In this document: positions 46,478 to 54,302 of the stretch, piece after piece
How positions within the stretch are numbered: the first letter of the stretch is position 1
Layout: the number at the start of each line of letters is the position of its first letter
Notes under the pieces: model-generated
Told to the model about the DNA's origin: nothing
Database searches by the model: none
The model's input: the letters and a program-made list of their open reading frames with translations, nothing else
Program-made: the position numbers and the translations under genes
Source: an uncultured Deinococcaceae bacterium
GTDB lineage: Bacteria; Deinococcota; Deinococci; Deinococcales; Deinococcaceae
NCBI GenBank assembly: GCA_964252075.1
Contig: CAXULY010000036.1
Coordinates: 1-54,302, forward strand
DNA length: 54,302 nt
Direction of reading: 5' to 3'

Positions 46478-46584
46478 GTTCACCTCCTTCAGCGGTGGCG
46501 GGACACGCGCCTTGAGCCGCAGTTCAGGCCACCCGTGCCGCCTGGTGGGGTTGGGTATTTGCAGAATGCCCCACGCTTGGTTGG

Positions 46585-46620
46585 AGTGTAGCACCGCCCC
46601 CCAGTATGGTCAATACAGAA
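46585..46620 (-). promoter_or_regulatory. ddrO promoter with RDRM over the -35 (autorepression)
   Basis: Minus strand TTCTGTATTGACCATAC (46604-46620); TTGACC-N17-TACACT. Confidence 0.85.
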
Positions 46621-46637
46621 CGACGCCCCGCGCGTTC

Positions 46638-46671
46638 TTGCATTTCCTGAATGGATACGTTAAAGTCGTAA
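46638..46671 (+). promoter_or_regulatory. Promoter of the divergent gene with RDRM over the -10
   Basis: TTGCAT-N17-TAAAGT; ATACGTTAAAGTCGTAA at 46655-46671. Confidence 0.72.
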
Positions 46672-46703
46672 TTGTAAATGGCGTTACGCCATGGAGGGTG
46701 AAC

Positions 46704-46955
46704 ATGCGCGCACTTGAGATCATTGCAGAGACAATCCGTCAGGGCAACGTCCACCCCACCACCGTCATCAACACCCTCATCGAAGCCGAGAACGAGGGCG
46801 GCGGCGCGGCCCTGCGGCGCATCGAGCGCCAGCTCGCCCGCAGCGCCCAAGCGCTCACGGAACGCCAGCACCCACACAGCGACCTCGCGCGCACGTGGCT
46901 CGACGCCACCCGCGCCTACCTGATCGTGCAGGTGGAGCGCAAGCAGGCCGTGTAA
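46704..46955 (+). CDS. ddrQ: Small helical protein divergent from ddrO (probably DdrQ)
   Basis: 83 aa MRALEIIAETIRQGNVHPTTVINTLIEAENEGG; SD GGAGG; name inferred from recalled synteny with ddrO and the RDRM. Confidence 0.7.
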   Translation: MRALEIIAETIRQGNVHPTTVINTLIEAENEGGGAALRRIERQLARSAQALTERQHPHSDLARTWLDATRAYLIVQVERKQAV

Positions 46956-46957
46956 AG

Positions 46958-47009
46958 CGAAAAGAAGGGGCGCCCGGAGTGCTGCTCCGGGCGCCCCTTC
47001 CCTTTTCGC
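46958..47009. terminator. Bidirectional terminator
   Basis: GCGAAAAGAAGGGGCGCCCGGAG..CTCCGGGCGCCCCTTCCCTTTTCGC between convergent genes. Confidence 0.82.
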
Positions 47010-47010
47010 T

Positions 47011-47430
47011 TCAGCCCGCGACGGCCTCCGCCGTTTCCAGGCGCGCGTCCAGCACGATCTCGCTGTTCAGGCTGGCGGCCACCGAGCAGTACTTCTCGTG
47101 GCTGAGGTGCGCGGCGCGCTCGAAGGCCTCCTGCGTGACGCCCTCCCCCACCCCGATGTGCCGCACCGTGATGCGCGTGTAGCGCTTCGGGTGCTCCTCG
47201 GCGCGCTCACCCTCCACCTCCACGCGGTAACTGGAGAGCGGCGTCTTGCGCTTCTTCATGATCTCCACCACGTCGTAGGCCGTGCACGTCGCGAGCGCCG
47301 CCAGCAGCGCCTCCATGGGACTCGGCCCGACCTTGATGGCGCTGTTGTCAATCAGGATCTGCTGCCCGCCGTCGTTGAAGCCCACGTAGCGCTGGTCGCC
47401 CAGGTGATGCACCGTCATGCGCTTGATCAT
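47011..47430 (-). CDS. OsmC family protein (YhfA-like)
   Basis: PSPMEALLAALATCT, LSHEKYCSV. Confidence 0.9.
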   Translation of the reverse strand: MIKRMTVHHLGDQRYVGFNDGGQQILIDNSAIKVGPSPMEALLAALATCTAYDVVEIMKKRKTPLSSYRVEVEGERAEEHPKRYTRITVRHIGVGEGVTQEAFERAAHLSHEKYCSVAASLNSEIVLDARLETAEAVAG

Positions 47431-47519
47431 GCCGCCAGTGTAATCGCCGCCCGCGCGGGCGACGGTGAGGTGCGCAGCGGTGGGCGGGGAGCCCAGGACT
47501 CCCCGCCCACCGCTGTCCC

Positions 47520-48077
47520 TCAGGCGCGCGGCTCGATCAGCCCGAAGTGCCCGTCCTTGCGGCGGTACACGACGGCGCAGCTGTTTGTGCCCGCGTTCAT
47601 GAACACGTAGAAATCATGCCCGAGCGCCTCCATCTGCGCGACGGCGTCCTCGGCCGTCATGGGTCGCATGTCGAAGCGCTTGGTGCGCACGATCTCCGGC
47701 GTGAACTCACTCACGTCGTCGGTCGGCAGGGCCGTGTCGATCGCCGCGATGTCATCCGTGCTGCCCGCGTGGCGGCCCTTCAGGTAACGCGTCTTGAACT
47801 TGCGCAGCTGGCGCTCCAGCACCTCGCTCGCGCGATCAATCGCGGCGTACATGTCCGCGTGATTCTCCTCGGCGCGCAGGATGCCGTTCGGGACGTTGAT
47901 CTGCACCTCGACGCGGTTGCGGCGGTCCGCGTCGCGCACGTCGCGCACCATCAGGGTCACGCGCGCGTCGGTGATGTGATCATTGAAGCGGTCGAGGCGC
48001 GTCAGTTTGCTCTCCACGTAGTCGCGCAGCGCGTCGGTGACGTCCACGTTCCGGCCCGTGAGCTTGTAGATCTGCAC
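47520..48077 (-). CDS. hpf: Ribosome hibernation-promoting factor, long form
   Basis: TGRNVDVTDALRDYVE.KL, DMYAAID, RQLRKFK, PMTAEDAV.QME.LGHDFYVF, VYRRKDG. Confidence 0.95.
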   Translation of the reverse strand: MQIYKLTGRNVDVTDALRDYVESKLTRLDRFNDHITDARVTLMVRDVRDADRRNRVEVQINVPNGILRAEENHADMYAAIDRASEVLERQLRKFKTRYLKGRHAGSTDDIAAIDTALPTDDVSEFTPEIVRTKRFDMRPMTAEDAVAQMEALGHDFYVFMNAGTNSCAVVYRRKDGHFGLIEPRA

Positions 48078-48381
48078 ACTCCACTCCGATCTACCGGAAA
48101 CGCTGGGTTGGTCGGGGTTTCCGGTACGCCATTGTAGAGCGCGGCCCCTGAGCGGAAGGGAAGAGTTTCTCCAGCAAGTCATGAACCGCATTCGCATCTC
48201 GCGGTGAAGCGGGCTGTGCTAGGGCCTGTTCGTCAGTGAGGGCTTCAAGGGCGATTTCCGCCTTGTCGGGCGGCCATACGAATCCTCCCGTCGCGTCCTC
48301 TATTTGGTGTCCGGCAGGCGAGCTCAGCCGCAGATTGAAGGCGGACGGAACGGGTGCTGCGCTCAATGATTTCAGAGGATC

Positions 48382-48800
48382 TTGATGGGTTGCCTGGCGT
48401 TCAGCGCGAAGACGCGCGGCCCCATCTTCTCTGAGACACGCCATCCCTTTCCCACCGAAGCGGTTCATGCGCCGTGGACTGAAAAGCTCGCGTTGCCCGA
48501 CACCGAGTGCTTCGTGGGGCTCGGCCCGCTGGGAAAATCGTCGGGTTCGTCGCGACCCGCGCCGAAGAGTTCCTGCACTTCGACCCAGCGATGTACCTGT
48601 GAAGCTCCGATCTGGCGAGACACGCGGACGACGCGGTGCTCGCCACCTCCGCGCACAGGGCTACGAATGGAGGCGGCTGCGGGTGCTTGAGGAGCGCCAC
48701 CGCGCGCGCCGCTTCTACAAGCGGCGGGGCTGGCCCATTATGGCGCAGCGCCACACGGTCCGTTCGCGCCGCACCCAGTCCCCGTCGAATCCGTACTTGA
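48382..48800 (+). pseudogene. Frameshifted GNAT acetyltransferase remnant (limits approximate)
   Basis: PFPTEAVHAPWTEKLA..CFV in one frame; HLRAQGY..LRVLEE..RARRFYKRRGW (GNAT C-terminal pattern) in another. Confidence 0.55.
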
Positions 48801-48850
48801 CCTGCACCCAGCGCGTTGACCGGGTGGCGCGCGCCACCCGGTCCAGTTGT

Positions 48851-50035
48851 TCAGGCGCCGATGCGCCGCACGGCGAGCGCGAGGCCGTTGCCGCCGCCCA
48901 TGCACAGGGTCGCCACACCGATTTCCTTGTCCTGCTGCCGCAGGGCGCTCAGGAGCGTCACGAGGATGCGCGCGCCGCTCGCGCCGATGGGGTGCCCGAG
49001 CGCGACCGCCCCACCCCACGTGTTCACGCGCTCGGGGTCGAGGCCGAGTTCGCGCGTCACGGCGAGGCTCTGCACGCTGAAGGCCTCGTTCAGCTCCCAC
49101 AGGTCCACGTCGTTCGCGCTCCAGCCGAGCTTCGCCAGGAGTTTCTGCGTGGCGGGCACGGGCGTCATCATGACCCACTCCGGGTCGAGGCCGCCCGTCG
49201 CGTACTCCACGACCTCCGCGAGCGGCGTGAGGCCGTGCGCCTGCGCGAGTTCCTCACTCACGACCAGCAGGCTGGCGGCGCCGTCGTTCAGGCCAGGCGC
49301 GTTGCCCGCCGTGACGCTGCCGTCCGCCTTGAAGGCGGGCTTCAGCTTGCCCAGCGCCTCCAGGGTGCTGTCCGCGCGCGGGCCTTCGTCCAGCTCAACC
49401 ACGGTGTCGCCCTTGCGGCCTGGCACAGTGACGGGCACGACCTCACCCTGGAAGTGCCCGGCCTGCTGCGCGGCGACGGCCTTGCGGTGGCTCTCCAGGG
49501 CGTAGGCGTCCTGCTCGGCGCGGCCAATGCCGTACTTCTCCGCGACGCGCTCGCCGGTCATGCCCATGCCCTCGTCGTTGATGCTGCACCACAGGCCGTC
49601 CTGGGTGTTCGCGTCCACCACCTGGGCGTTCCCGAGGCGGTAGCCCTGACGCGCGCCGGGCAGCAGGTGGGGCGCGCCGCTCATGCTCTCCATGCCGCCC
49701 GCGAGGACGGCCTGCTGGTCGCCCGCGCGGATGCTCTGCGCGGCCAGGATGACGGCCTTGAGGCCGCTGCCGCACACCTTGTTCACGGTCATGGCGCCCG
49801 CCGACGAGGGTACGCCCGCGCGGATGGCGGCCTGCCGGGCGGGGTTCTGCCCGCAGCCCGCCTGCACCACCTGTCCCATCACGACCTCATCAATGAGGTC
49901 GGCGGGCAGGCCGGAGCGCGAGAGCGTCTCGCGCAGGGTGAGGGCGCCGAGGTCCACGGCCTTCACGGAGGACAGGGTTCCCAGGAACTTCCCGACGGGC
50001 GTGCGGCTCGCCGCCACGATGACAGCTTTCGACAT
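48851..50035 (-). CDS. Acetyl-CoA acetyltransferase (thiolase)
   Basis: [39 protein letters not shown]; leaderless TAGACT-N7-ATG. Confidence 0.95.
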   Translation of the reverse strand: MSKAVIVAASRTPVGKFLGTLSSVKAVDLGALTLRETLSRSGLPADLIDEVVMGQVVQAGCGQNPARQAAIRAGVPSSAGAMTVNKVCGSGLKAVILAAQSIRAGDQQAVLAGGMESMSGAPHLLPGARQGYRLGNAQVVDANTQDGLWCSINDEGMGMTGERVAEKYGIGRAEQDAYALESHRKAVAAQQAGHFQGEVVPVTVPGRKGDTVVELDEGPRADSTLEALGKLKPAFKADGSVTAGNAPGLNDGAASLLVVSEELAQAHGLTPLAEVVEYATGGLDPEWVMMTPVPATQKLLAKLGWSANDVDLWELNEAFSVQSLAVTRELGLDPERVNTWGGAVALGHPIGASGARILVTLLSALRQQDKEIGVATLCMGGGNGLALAVRRIGA

Positions 50036-50057
50036 GCCGCCGAGTCTAGCAGGGCGC

Positions 50058-50071
50058 CTAACGGGTGTTTG
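50058..50071. promoter_or_regulatory. PaaR-like box upstream of the thiolase
   Basis: CTAACGGGTGTTTG versus CNAACGNNCGTTNG. Confidence 0.5.
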
Positions 50072-50129
50072 TTTGGCAGGAGACATGCGCGGCCCTCGGG
50101 GTATGCTCTGGACCGTTTCAGGAGGTTCC

Positions 50130-51119
50130 ATGTACGACGCCGCACCGGACCGCTACACCACCATGCGCTACAACCGCACCGGCAGGAGCGGCCTCAAGCT
50201 GCCCGCCATCTCGCTCGGCCTGTGGCACAACTTCGGCGGGGTGGACACCCAGGAGAACGCCCGCGCCCTGCTACGCCGCGCCTTCGACGCCGGCATCACG
50301 CACCTCGACCTTGCGAACAACTACGGCCCCCCGCCCGGCAGCGCCGAGGAGACTTTCGGGCGCATCCTCGCGCAGGACCTCAGGCCCTACCGCGACGAGC
50401 TCGTCATCTCCAGCAAGGCCGGGTACACCATGTGGGCCGGTCCCTACGGCGACTGGGGCTCCCGCAAGTACCTGATTTCCAGTCTCGACCAGAGCCTGCG
50501 GCGCATGGGCCTGGAGTACGTGGACATCTTCTACCACCACCGCTCCGATCCCGAGACGCCCCTGGAGGAAACCATGGGCGCGCTGGACTTCGCGGTGCGC
50601 AGCGGGCGCGCGCTGTACGTGGGCCTCAGCAACTACTCGCCGGAGCAGACGCGGCAGGCGGCGCGCATTCTGCGGGAACTCGGCACGCCCGCGCTCATTC
50701 ACCAGCCGCGCTACAGCATGTTCGACCGGCGCGTAGAGGCGGGCCTCACGGACGCCCTGCGCGAGACGGGCATGGGCGCCATCGTGTTCTCACCGCTGGA
50801 GCAGGGGATGCTCACGGACAAGTACCTGCGCGGCATCCCCGAGGACTCCCGCGCCGCGAAGTCCTGGGGGTTCCTGAAGCCCGAGGCGCTCACGGACGCG
50901 CGCCTGGAGCAGATCCGGCAGCTGAATAACATGGCCGCGCAGCGCGGGCAGACGCTCGCGCAGATGGCACTCGCGTGGGTGTTGCGCCTCCCGGAGATCA
51001 CCTCGGCCCTGATTGGGGCGAGCAAGGTCGCGCAGATTGACGACGCGGTGGGCGCCCTCGCGAACCTCGACTTCAGCGGGGACGAGTTGCAGGCCATCGA
51101 GGGCGTGCTGGGGCAGTAA
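50130..51119 (+). CDS. mgrA: L-glyceraldehyde 3-phosphate reductase (YghZ/MgrA-type AKR)
   Basis: [60 protein letters not shown]. Confidence 0.93.
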   Translation: MYDAAPDRYTTMRYNRTGRSGLKLPAISLGLWHNFGGVDTQENARALLRRAFDAGITHLDLANNYGPPPGSAEETFGRILAQDLRPYRDELVISSKAGYTMWAGPYGDWGSRKYLISSLDQSLRRMGLEYVDIFYHHRSDPETPLEETMGALDFAVRSGRALYVGLSNYSPEQTRQAARILRELGTPALIHQPRYSMFDRRVEAGLTDALRETGMGAIVFSPLEQGMLTDKYLRGIPEDSRAAKSWGFLKPEALTDARLEQIRQLNNMAAQRGQTLAQMALAWVLRLPEITSALIGASKVAQIDDAVGALANLDFSGDELQAIEGVLGQ

Positions 51120-51131
51120 GTTCGCCACGCA

Positions 51132-51166
51132 GAAGGGGCGGGGGCAACCAGCGCCCCCGCCCCTTC
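51132..51166. terminator. Terminator between convergent mgrA and acpP
   Basis: GAAGGGGCGGGGGC..GCCCCCGCCCCTTC. Confidence 0.78.
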
Positions 51167-51174
51167 CTTACGAC

Positions 51175-51405
51175 TTACTTCTTGCTGTTGACGTAGTCCA
51201 CCGCGGCCTGCACGGTGCGGATCTTCTCGGCGTCCTCGTCGCTGATGCTGGTGCCGAACTTGTCCTCGAGGCCCATGATGAGCTCGACGGTCTCCAGGCT
51301 GTCCGCGCCGAGGTCCTCGACGAAGCGCGCTTCGGGCGTGACCTTGTCGGCGTCCACGCCCAGCTTGTCCACAATCACTTCCTTGACCTGTTCAAAAGTA
51401 TCCAT
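51175..51405 (-). CDS. acpP: Acyl carrier protein
   Basis: [22 protein letters not shown]. Confidence 0.97.
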   Translation of the reverse strand: MDTFEQVKEVIVDKLGVDADKVTPEARFVEDLGADSLETVELIMGLEDKFGTSISDEDAEKIRTVQAAVDYVNSKK

Positions 51406-51476
51406 GTGCGTTCCTCCAGGGTCTGAGATCTGCGTTAGTTTACATGCCTTCGGCGCGCGTGGGCGATTTCAGGCGT

Positions 51477-52232
51477 TCACGATGGGTACAGGCCGCCGTC
51501 CACGCCGATGATCTGCCCGCTGATGTACGCGGCGGCAGGGCCCGCGAGGAACGCCACGAGCGCCGCGACTTCCTCAGGCGCGCCGAAGCGCCCGAGGGGA
51601 ATCTGCGCGAGGTAGCCCTTCTGCACGTCCTCGGAGAGGGCGCCCGTCATGTCAGACGCGATGAAGCCGGGCGCGACGGCGTTCACGGTGATGCCGCGCC
51701 CACCGTACTCCTTCGCGAGCGCCTTCGTGAGCCCGATCAGGCCCGCCTTGCTCGCCACATAGTTCGCCTGCCCGGGGTTCCCCATGAGGCCCACCACACT
51801 CGTGATGTTGATGATGCGTCCGGTGCGGGCGCGCATCATGTGCTTGAGGGCAGCGCGCGCGGCGCTGAAGGCCGCGCTGAGGTTGGTGTTCAATACGGCG
51901 TCCCAGTCCTCGTCCCGCATGCGGACGGCCAGCCCATCGCGCGTGACGCCCGCGTTGTTCACGAGCACCTGCAGGCCGCCCATGCGCCCGATCACGTCCT
52001 CGACGAGGGTGGTGGCGTTCGCGGGGACGCTCAGGTCCGCCCCGAAGACCTCCGCGCGCGCGCCGAGCGCCCGCGCTTCTTCCGCAACGCGCTGCGCCTC
52101 GGCCTCGTTGCGCCCGTAATGGACGGCCACGTCGTGCTCCTGCCGCGCCAGTTCGAGGGCCATCGCGCGCCCAAGGCCACGGCTGGAGCCCGTCACGAGC
52201 GCCACGGGGCGCTTCGTTTCACCGCCCGTCAT
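51477..52232 (-). CDS. fabG: 3-oxoacyl-ACP reductase
   Basis: TGSSRGLG, NNAGVTRD, GNPGQANYVASKAG. Confidence 0.95.
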   Translation of the reverse strand: MTGGETKRPVALVTGSSRGLGRAMALELARQEHDVAVHYGRNEAEAQRVAEEARALGARAEVFGADLSVPANATTLVEDVIGRMGGLQVLVNNAGVTRDGLAVRMRDEDWDAVLNTNLSAAFSAARAALKHMMRARTGRIINITSVVGLMGNPGQANYVASKAGLIGLTKALAKEYGGRGITVNAVAPGFIASDMTGALSEDVQKGYLAQIPLGRFGAPEEVAALVAFLAGPAAAYISGQIIGVDGGLYPS

Positions 52233-53149
52233 GCCGTCACCGCTCCCCGGAAGGCCTGGATGTCCTCGGGCGTGTGGATGTTATAGGTGCGGGCGTCCGG
52301 CAGGATGCGCTTCACGAGGCCCGTGAGGACCGTGCCACTCCCGAACTCAATGAATGTGTCCGCGCCGAGCGCCGCGAGTTCCCGCACGCTCGCCACCCAC
52401 TGCACGCTCCCCGTGATCTGGTCCGTCAGGAGTTGCGGCGCGCGCGTGGGCGTGCTGATGGCTTCCGCGGTGACGTTCACGACGACCGGGAAGGCCATCT
52501 CGCCGAGCGCCACCAGCTGCAGGTCGGGCGCGAGCGCCTCGCGCGCGGGGCGCATGAGGGTGCAGTGGAAGGGCGCGCTCACCTTCAGCGGGATGACCTT
52601 CAGGCCGCGCGCCTTGAGCGTCGCGCCCGCCTCCTCCACCGCCTCGCGCCGACCGGAGATGACAGTCTGGGTGGGGGCATTGTAGTTCGCGACCTCCACC
52701 ACGCCTTCCGTCTCTTCACACACCTGCGCGACCACGCCGGGGTCGCCCATGACGGCGCTCATGGCGCCCAGGCCGGGCGGCACGGCGTCCTGCATCAGGG
52801 TGCCGCGGCGGTGCGTGAGGCGCACGGCGTCCGTGAGGGCCAGCGTGCCCGCCGCGACGTGCGCGCTGTACTCGCCGAGGCTGTGGCCGGCTGCCGCGAT
52901 GGGCGTGAGGCCTGTGGCGTCTTGCCACGCACGGTACGCCGCCACTGAAGCGGTCACGAGGGCGGGTTGCTGGTTCGCGGTCAGCGTGAGGTCCTCCAGC
53001 GGTCCATTCGCCATGAGGGCGCGCAGGCCGGGCAGCACGCCTTCGGCTTCCGCCAGGACCGCCTCGGCCACCGGGTACGCAGCGGCGACCGCCTGACCCA
53101 TGCCGATCGCGTGGCTGTTCTGGCCGGGGAACAGGGCGGCGATCTTCAT
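52229..53149 (-). CDS. fabD: Malonyl-CoA:ACP transacylase
   Basis: FPGQ, QPAL, GHSLGEY, ANYN, VSAPFH. Confidence 0.96.
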   Translation of the reverse strand: MKIAALFPGQNSHAIGMGQAVAAAYPVAEAVLAEAEGVLPGLRALMANGPLEDLTLTANQQPALVTASVAAYRAWQDATGLTPIAAAGHSLGEYSAHVAAGTLALTDAVRLTHRRGTLMQDAVPPGLGAMSAVMGDPGVVAQVCEETEGVVEVANYNAPTQTVISGRREAVEEAGATLKARGLKVIPLKVSAPFHCTLMRPAREALAPDLQLVALGEMAFPVVVNVTAEAISTPTRAPQLLTDQITGSVQWVASVRELAALGADTFIEFGSGTVLTGLVKRILPDARTYNIHTPEDIQAFRGAVTA

Positions 53150-53191
53150 GCGCCGCCCCGAAACGTGGTGTGGTGTCGCTCGTTCACGCCC

Positions 53192-54184
53192 TTACCCTAA
53201 CGCGCCCTCGGCCTTCCCGCCCCAGGTGAGCACCGTGGCGGCCCACGTGAGGCCCGCGCCGAAGGACACCAGCAGCAGGTTGTCGCCGTCCTTCAAACGG
53301 CCCGAGTCGAGCGCGGACTGAACGGCGAGCGGGATGCTGGCGGTGGAGTTGTTGCCATACTCCTGCACCGTCACGATCACGCGGTCCTCAGTGAGGTTCA
53401 GCCGCTCGCGCGCCGCCTCAATGATGCGGGCGTTCGCCTGGTGCGGCACGAACACGGAGATGTCGTCAGGCTGCAGTCCCGCCTTCTCGATGGCTTCCAG
53501 GCTGGCGCTGTTCATGACACGCACCGCGAACTTGAAGACCTCGCGTCCGTTCATGTACAGCTTGTCGCTCATCGGGGTACCACCGGGCAGACAGGGCGCG
53601 ATCTCGCCGCGGTGCAGGTGCAGATCACCGGTGCCGTCCGCGCCGAGCACGATGCTCTTGAATCCGTAGCCGTCCCGCACGCGCTCCACGATGGCGGCGC
53701 CGCCGCCATCCCCGAACAGCACGGCGGTGGAGCGGTCACTCCAGTCGGTGATCTTGGAGAGCACCTCCGCGCCGATGGCGAGCACGCGCTTGCAGGTGCC
53801 TGCCTCCACATAGGCGTGCGCCGCACTCAAGGCGTACAGCCAGCCGGGGCAGGCGGCGAGCAGGTCGAAGGCGGCGGCCTTCAGCCCAAAGCGGGCCTGC
53901 ACCAGGGCGGCGGTGGAGGGGAACAGGGCGTCGGGGGTGTTCGTCGCGACGATGACCATGTCCACGCCCTCTAGGACGTTCGGGCCGTAACGACGCACGA
54001 GGTCATCAACGGCGCCGATGGCCATGCTAGAACTGTATTCATCATCGGCGGCGATGTGGCGTTTCTTGATGCCGGTGCGCGAGGTGATCCATTCGTCGCT
54101 GGTGTCCAGCATGCCTTCGAGTTCGGCGTTCGTGAGGACGCGGGTGGGGGTGTAGCAGCCCAGCGCGGTGATTCCAGTGGCCAT
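53192..54184 (-). CDS. fabH: Beta-ketoacyl-ACP synthase III
   Basis: DTSDEWI..RTGI, AACPG, LFGDG, MNGREVF, PHQAN, GNNS, FGAGLTW. Confidence 0.96.
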   Translation of the reverse strand: MATGITALGCYTPTRVLTNAELEGMLDTSDEWITSRTGIKKRHIAADDEYSSSMAIGAVDDLVRRYGPNVLEGVDMVIVATNTPDALFPSTAALVQARFGLKAAAFDLLAACPGWLYALSAAHAYVEAGTCKRVLAIGAEVLSKITDWSDRSTAVLFGDGGGAAIVERVRDGYGFKSIVLGADGTGDLHLHRGEIAPCLPGGTPMSDKLYMNGREVFKFAVRVMNSASLEAIEKAGLQPDDISVFVPHQANARIIEAARERLNLTEDRVIVTVQEYGNNSTASIPLAVQSALDSGRLKDGDNLLLVSFGAGLTWAATVLTWGGKAEGALG

Positions 54185-54190
54185 ACCTGC

Positions 54191-54224
54191 ACCCTAACAT
54201 TCGTTGACCAGCTGGTCAACGAAT
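54191..54224 (-). promoter_or_regulatory. fabH promoter with a perfect 26-bp palindromic operator candidate
   Basis: ATTCGTTGACCAGCTGGTCAACGAAT (54199-54224); minus strand TTGACC-N17-TAGGGT-N6-ATG. Confidence 0.75.
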
Positions 54225-54302
54225 TGCCAACTGGGGCATTCTGGCCAGGGGTTGACAGGATGAGGGGGAGCGTTTATTCTTTCTGAGCCCGTGAGCGGGC
54301 GA

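Noticed and set aside
48091..48468. 125-aa minus-strand ORF upstream of hpf
   Set aside because: No recognisable motif; it overlaps the putative hpf promoter (TACAAT) and the GNAT relic

Overview
Very GC-rich chromosomal segment from a Deinococcus (Deinococcaceae). Diagnostic genes are ddrO, ddrI and the fused-dimer hspR, plus RDRM boxes and many leaderless genes. Housekeeping content: liv ABC genes, two glutamine synthetases (type I and type III, divergent), gyrA, rpsP-khpA-rimM-trmD, rpsT, recX, tRNA-Pro(CGG), coaX, rodA/ftsW, hpf, a thiolase and fabH-fabD-fabG-acpP. No mobile element, prophage or CRISPR array was seen. The main candidate novel system is a ~12 kb cluster (17.6-29.4 kb) that looks like a 3-hydroxybutyrate (3HB) ester/oligomer uptake and catabolism regulon. 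It contains a Liv-type ABC importer with an embedded PhaZ-like hydrolase, a MetX-fold esterase, 3HB dehydrogenase, ScoAB and a ~1000-aa STAND-TPR-SARP activator. Three promoters in the cluster share the architecture heptamer(TGCAACG)-N4-heptamer-N9-(-10), a likely binding site for that activator. Other candidate signals: a perfect 26-bp operator over the fabH promoter, two RDRMs on tandem gyrA promoters, a PaaR-like box shared by scoA and the thiolase, an internal start in an AraC-DinB fusion, and a decayed GNAT gene. All assignments come from reading motifs by eye; no database searches were run.
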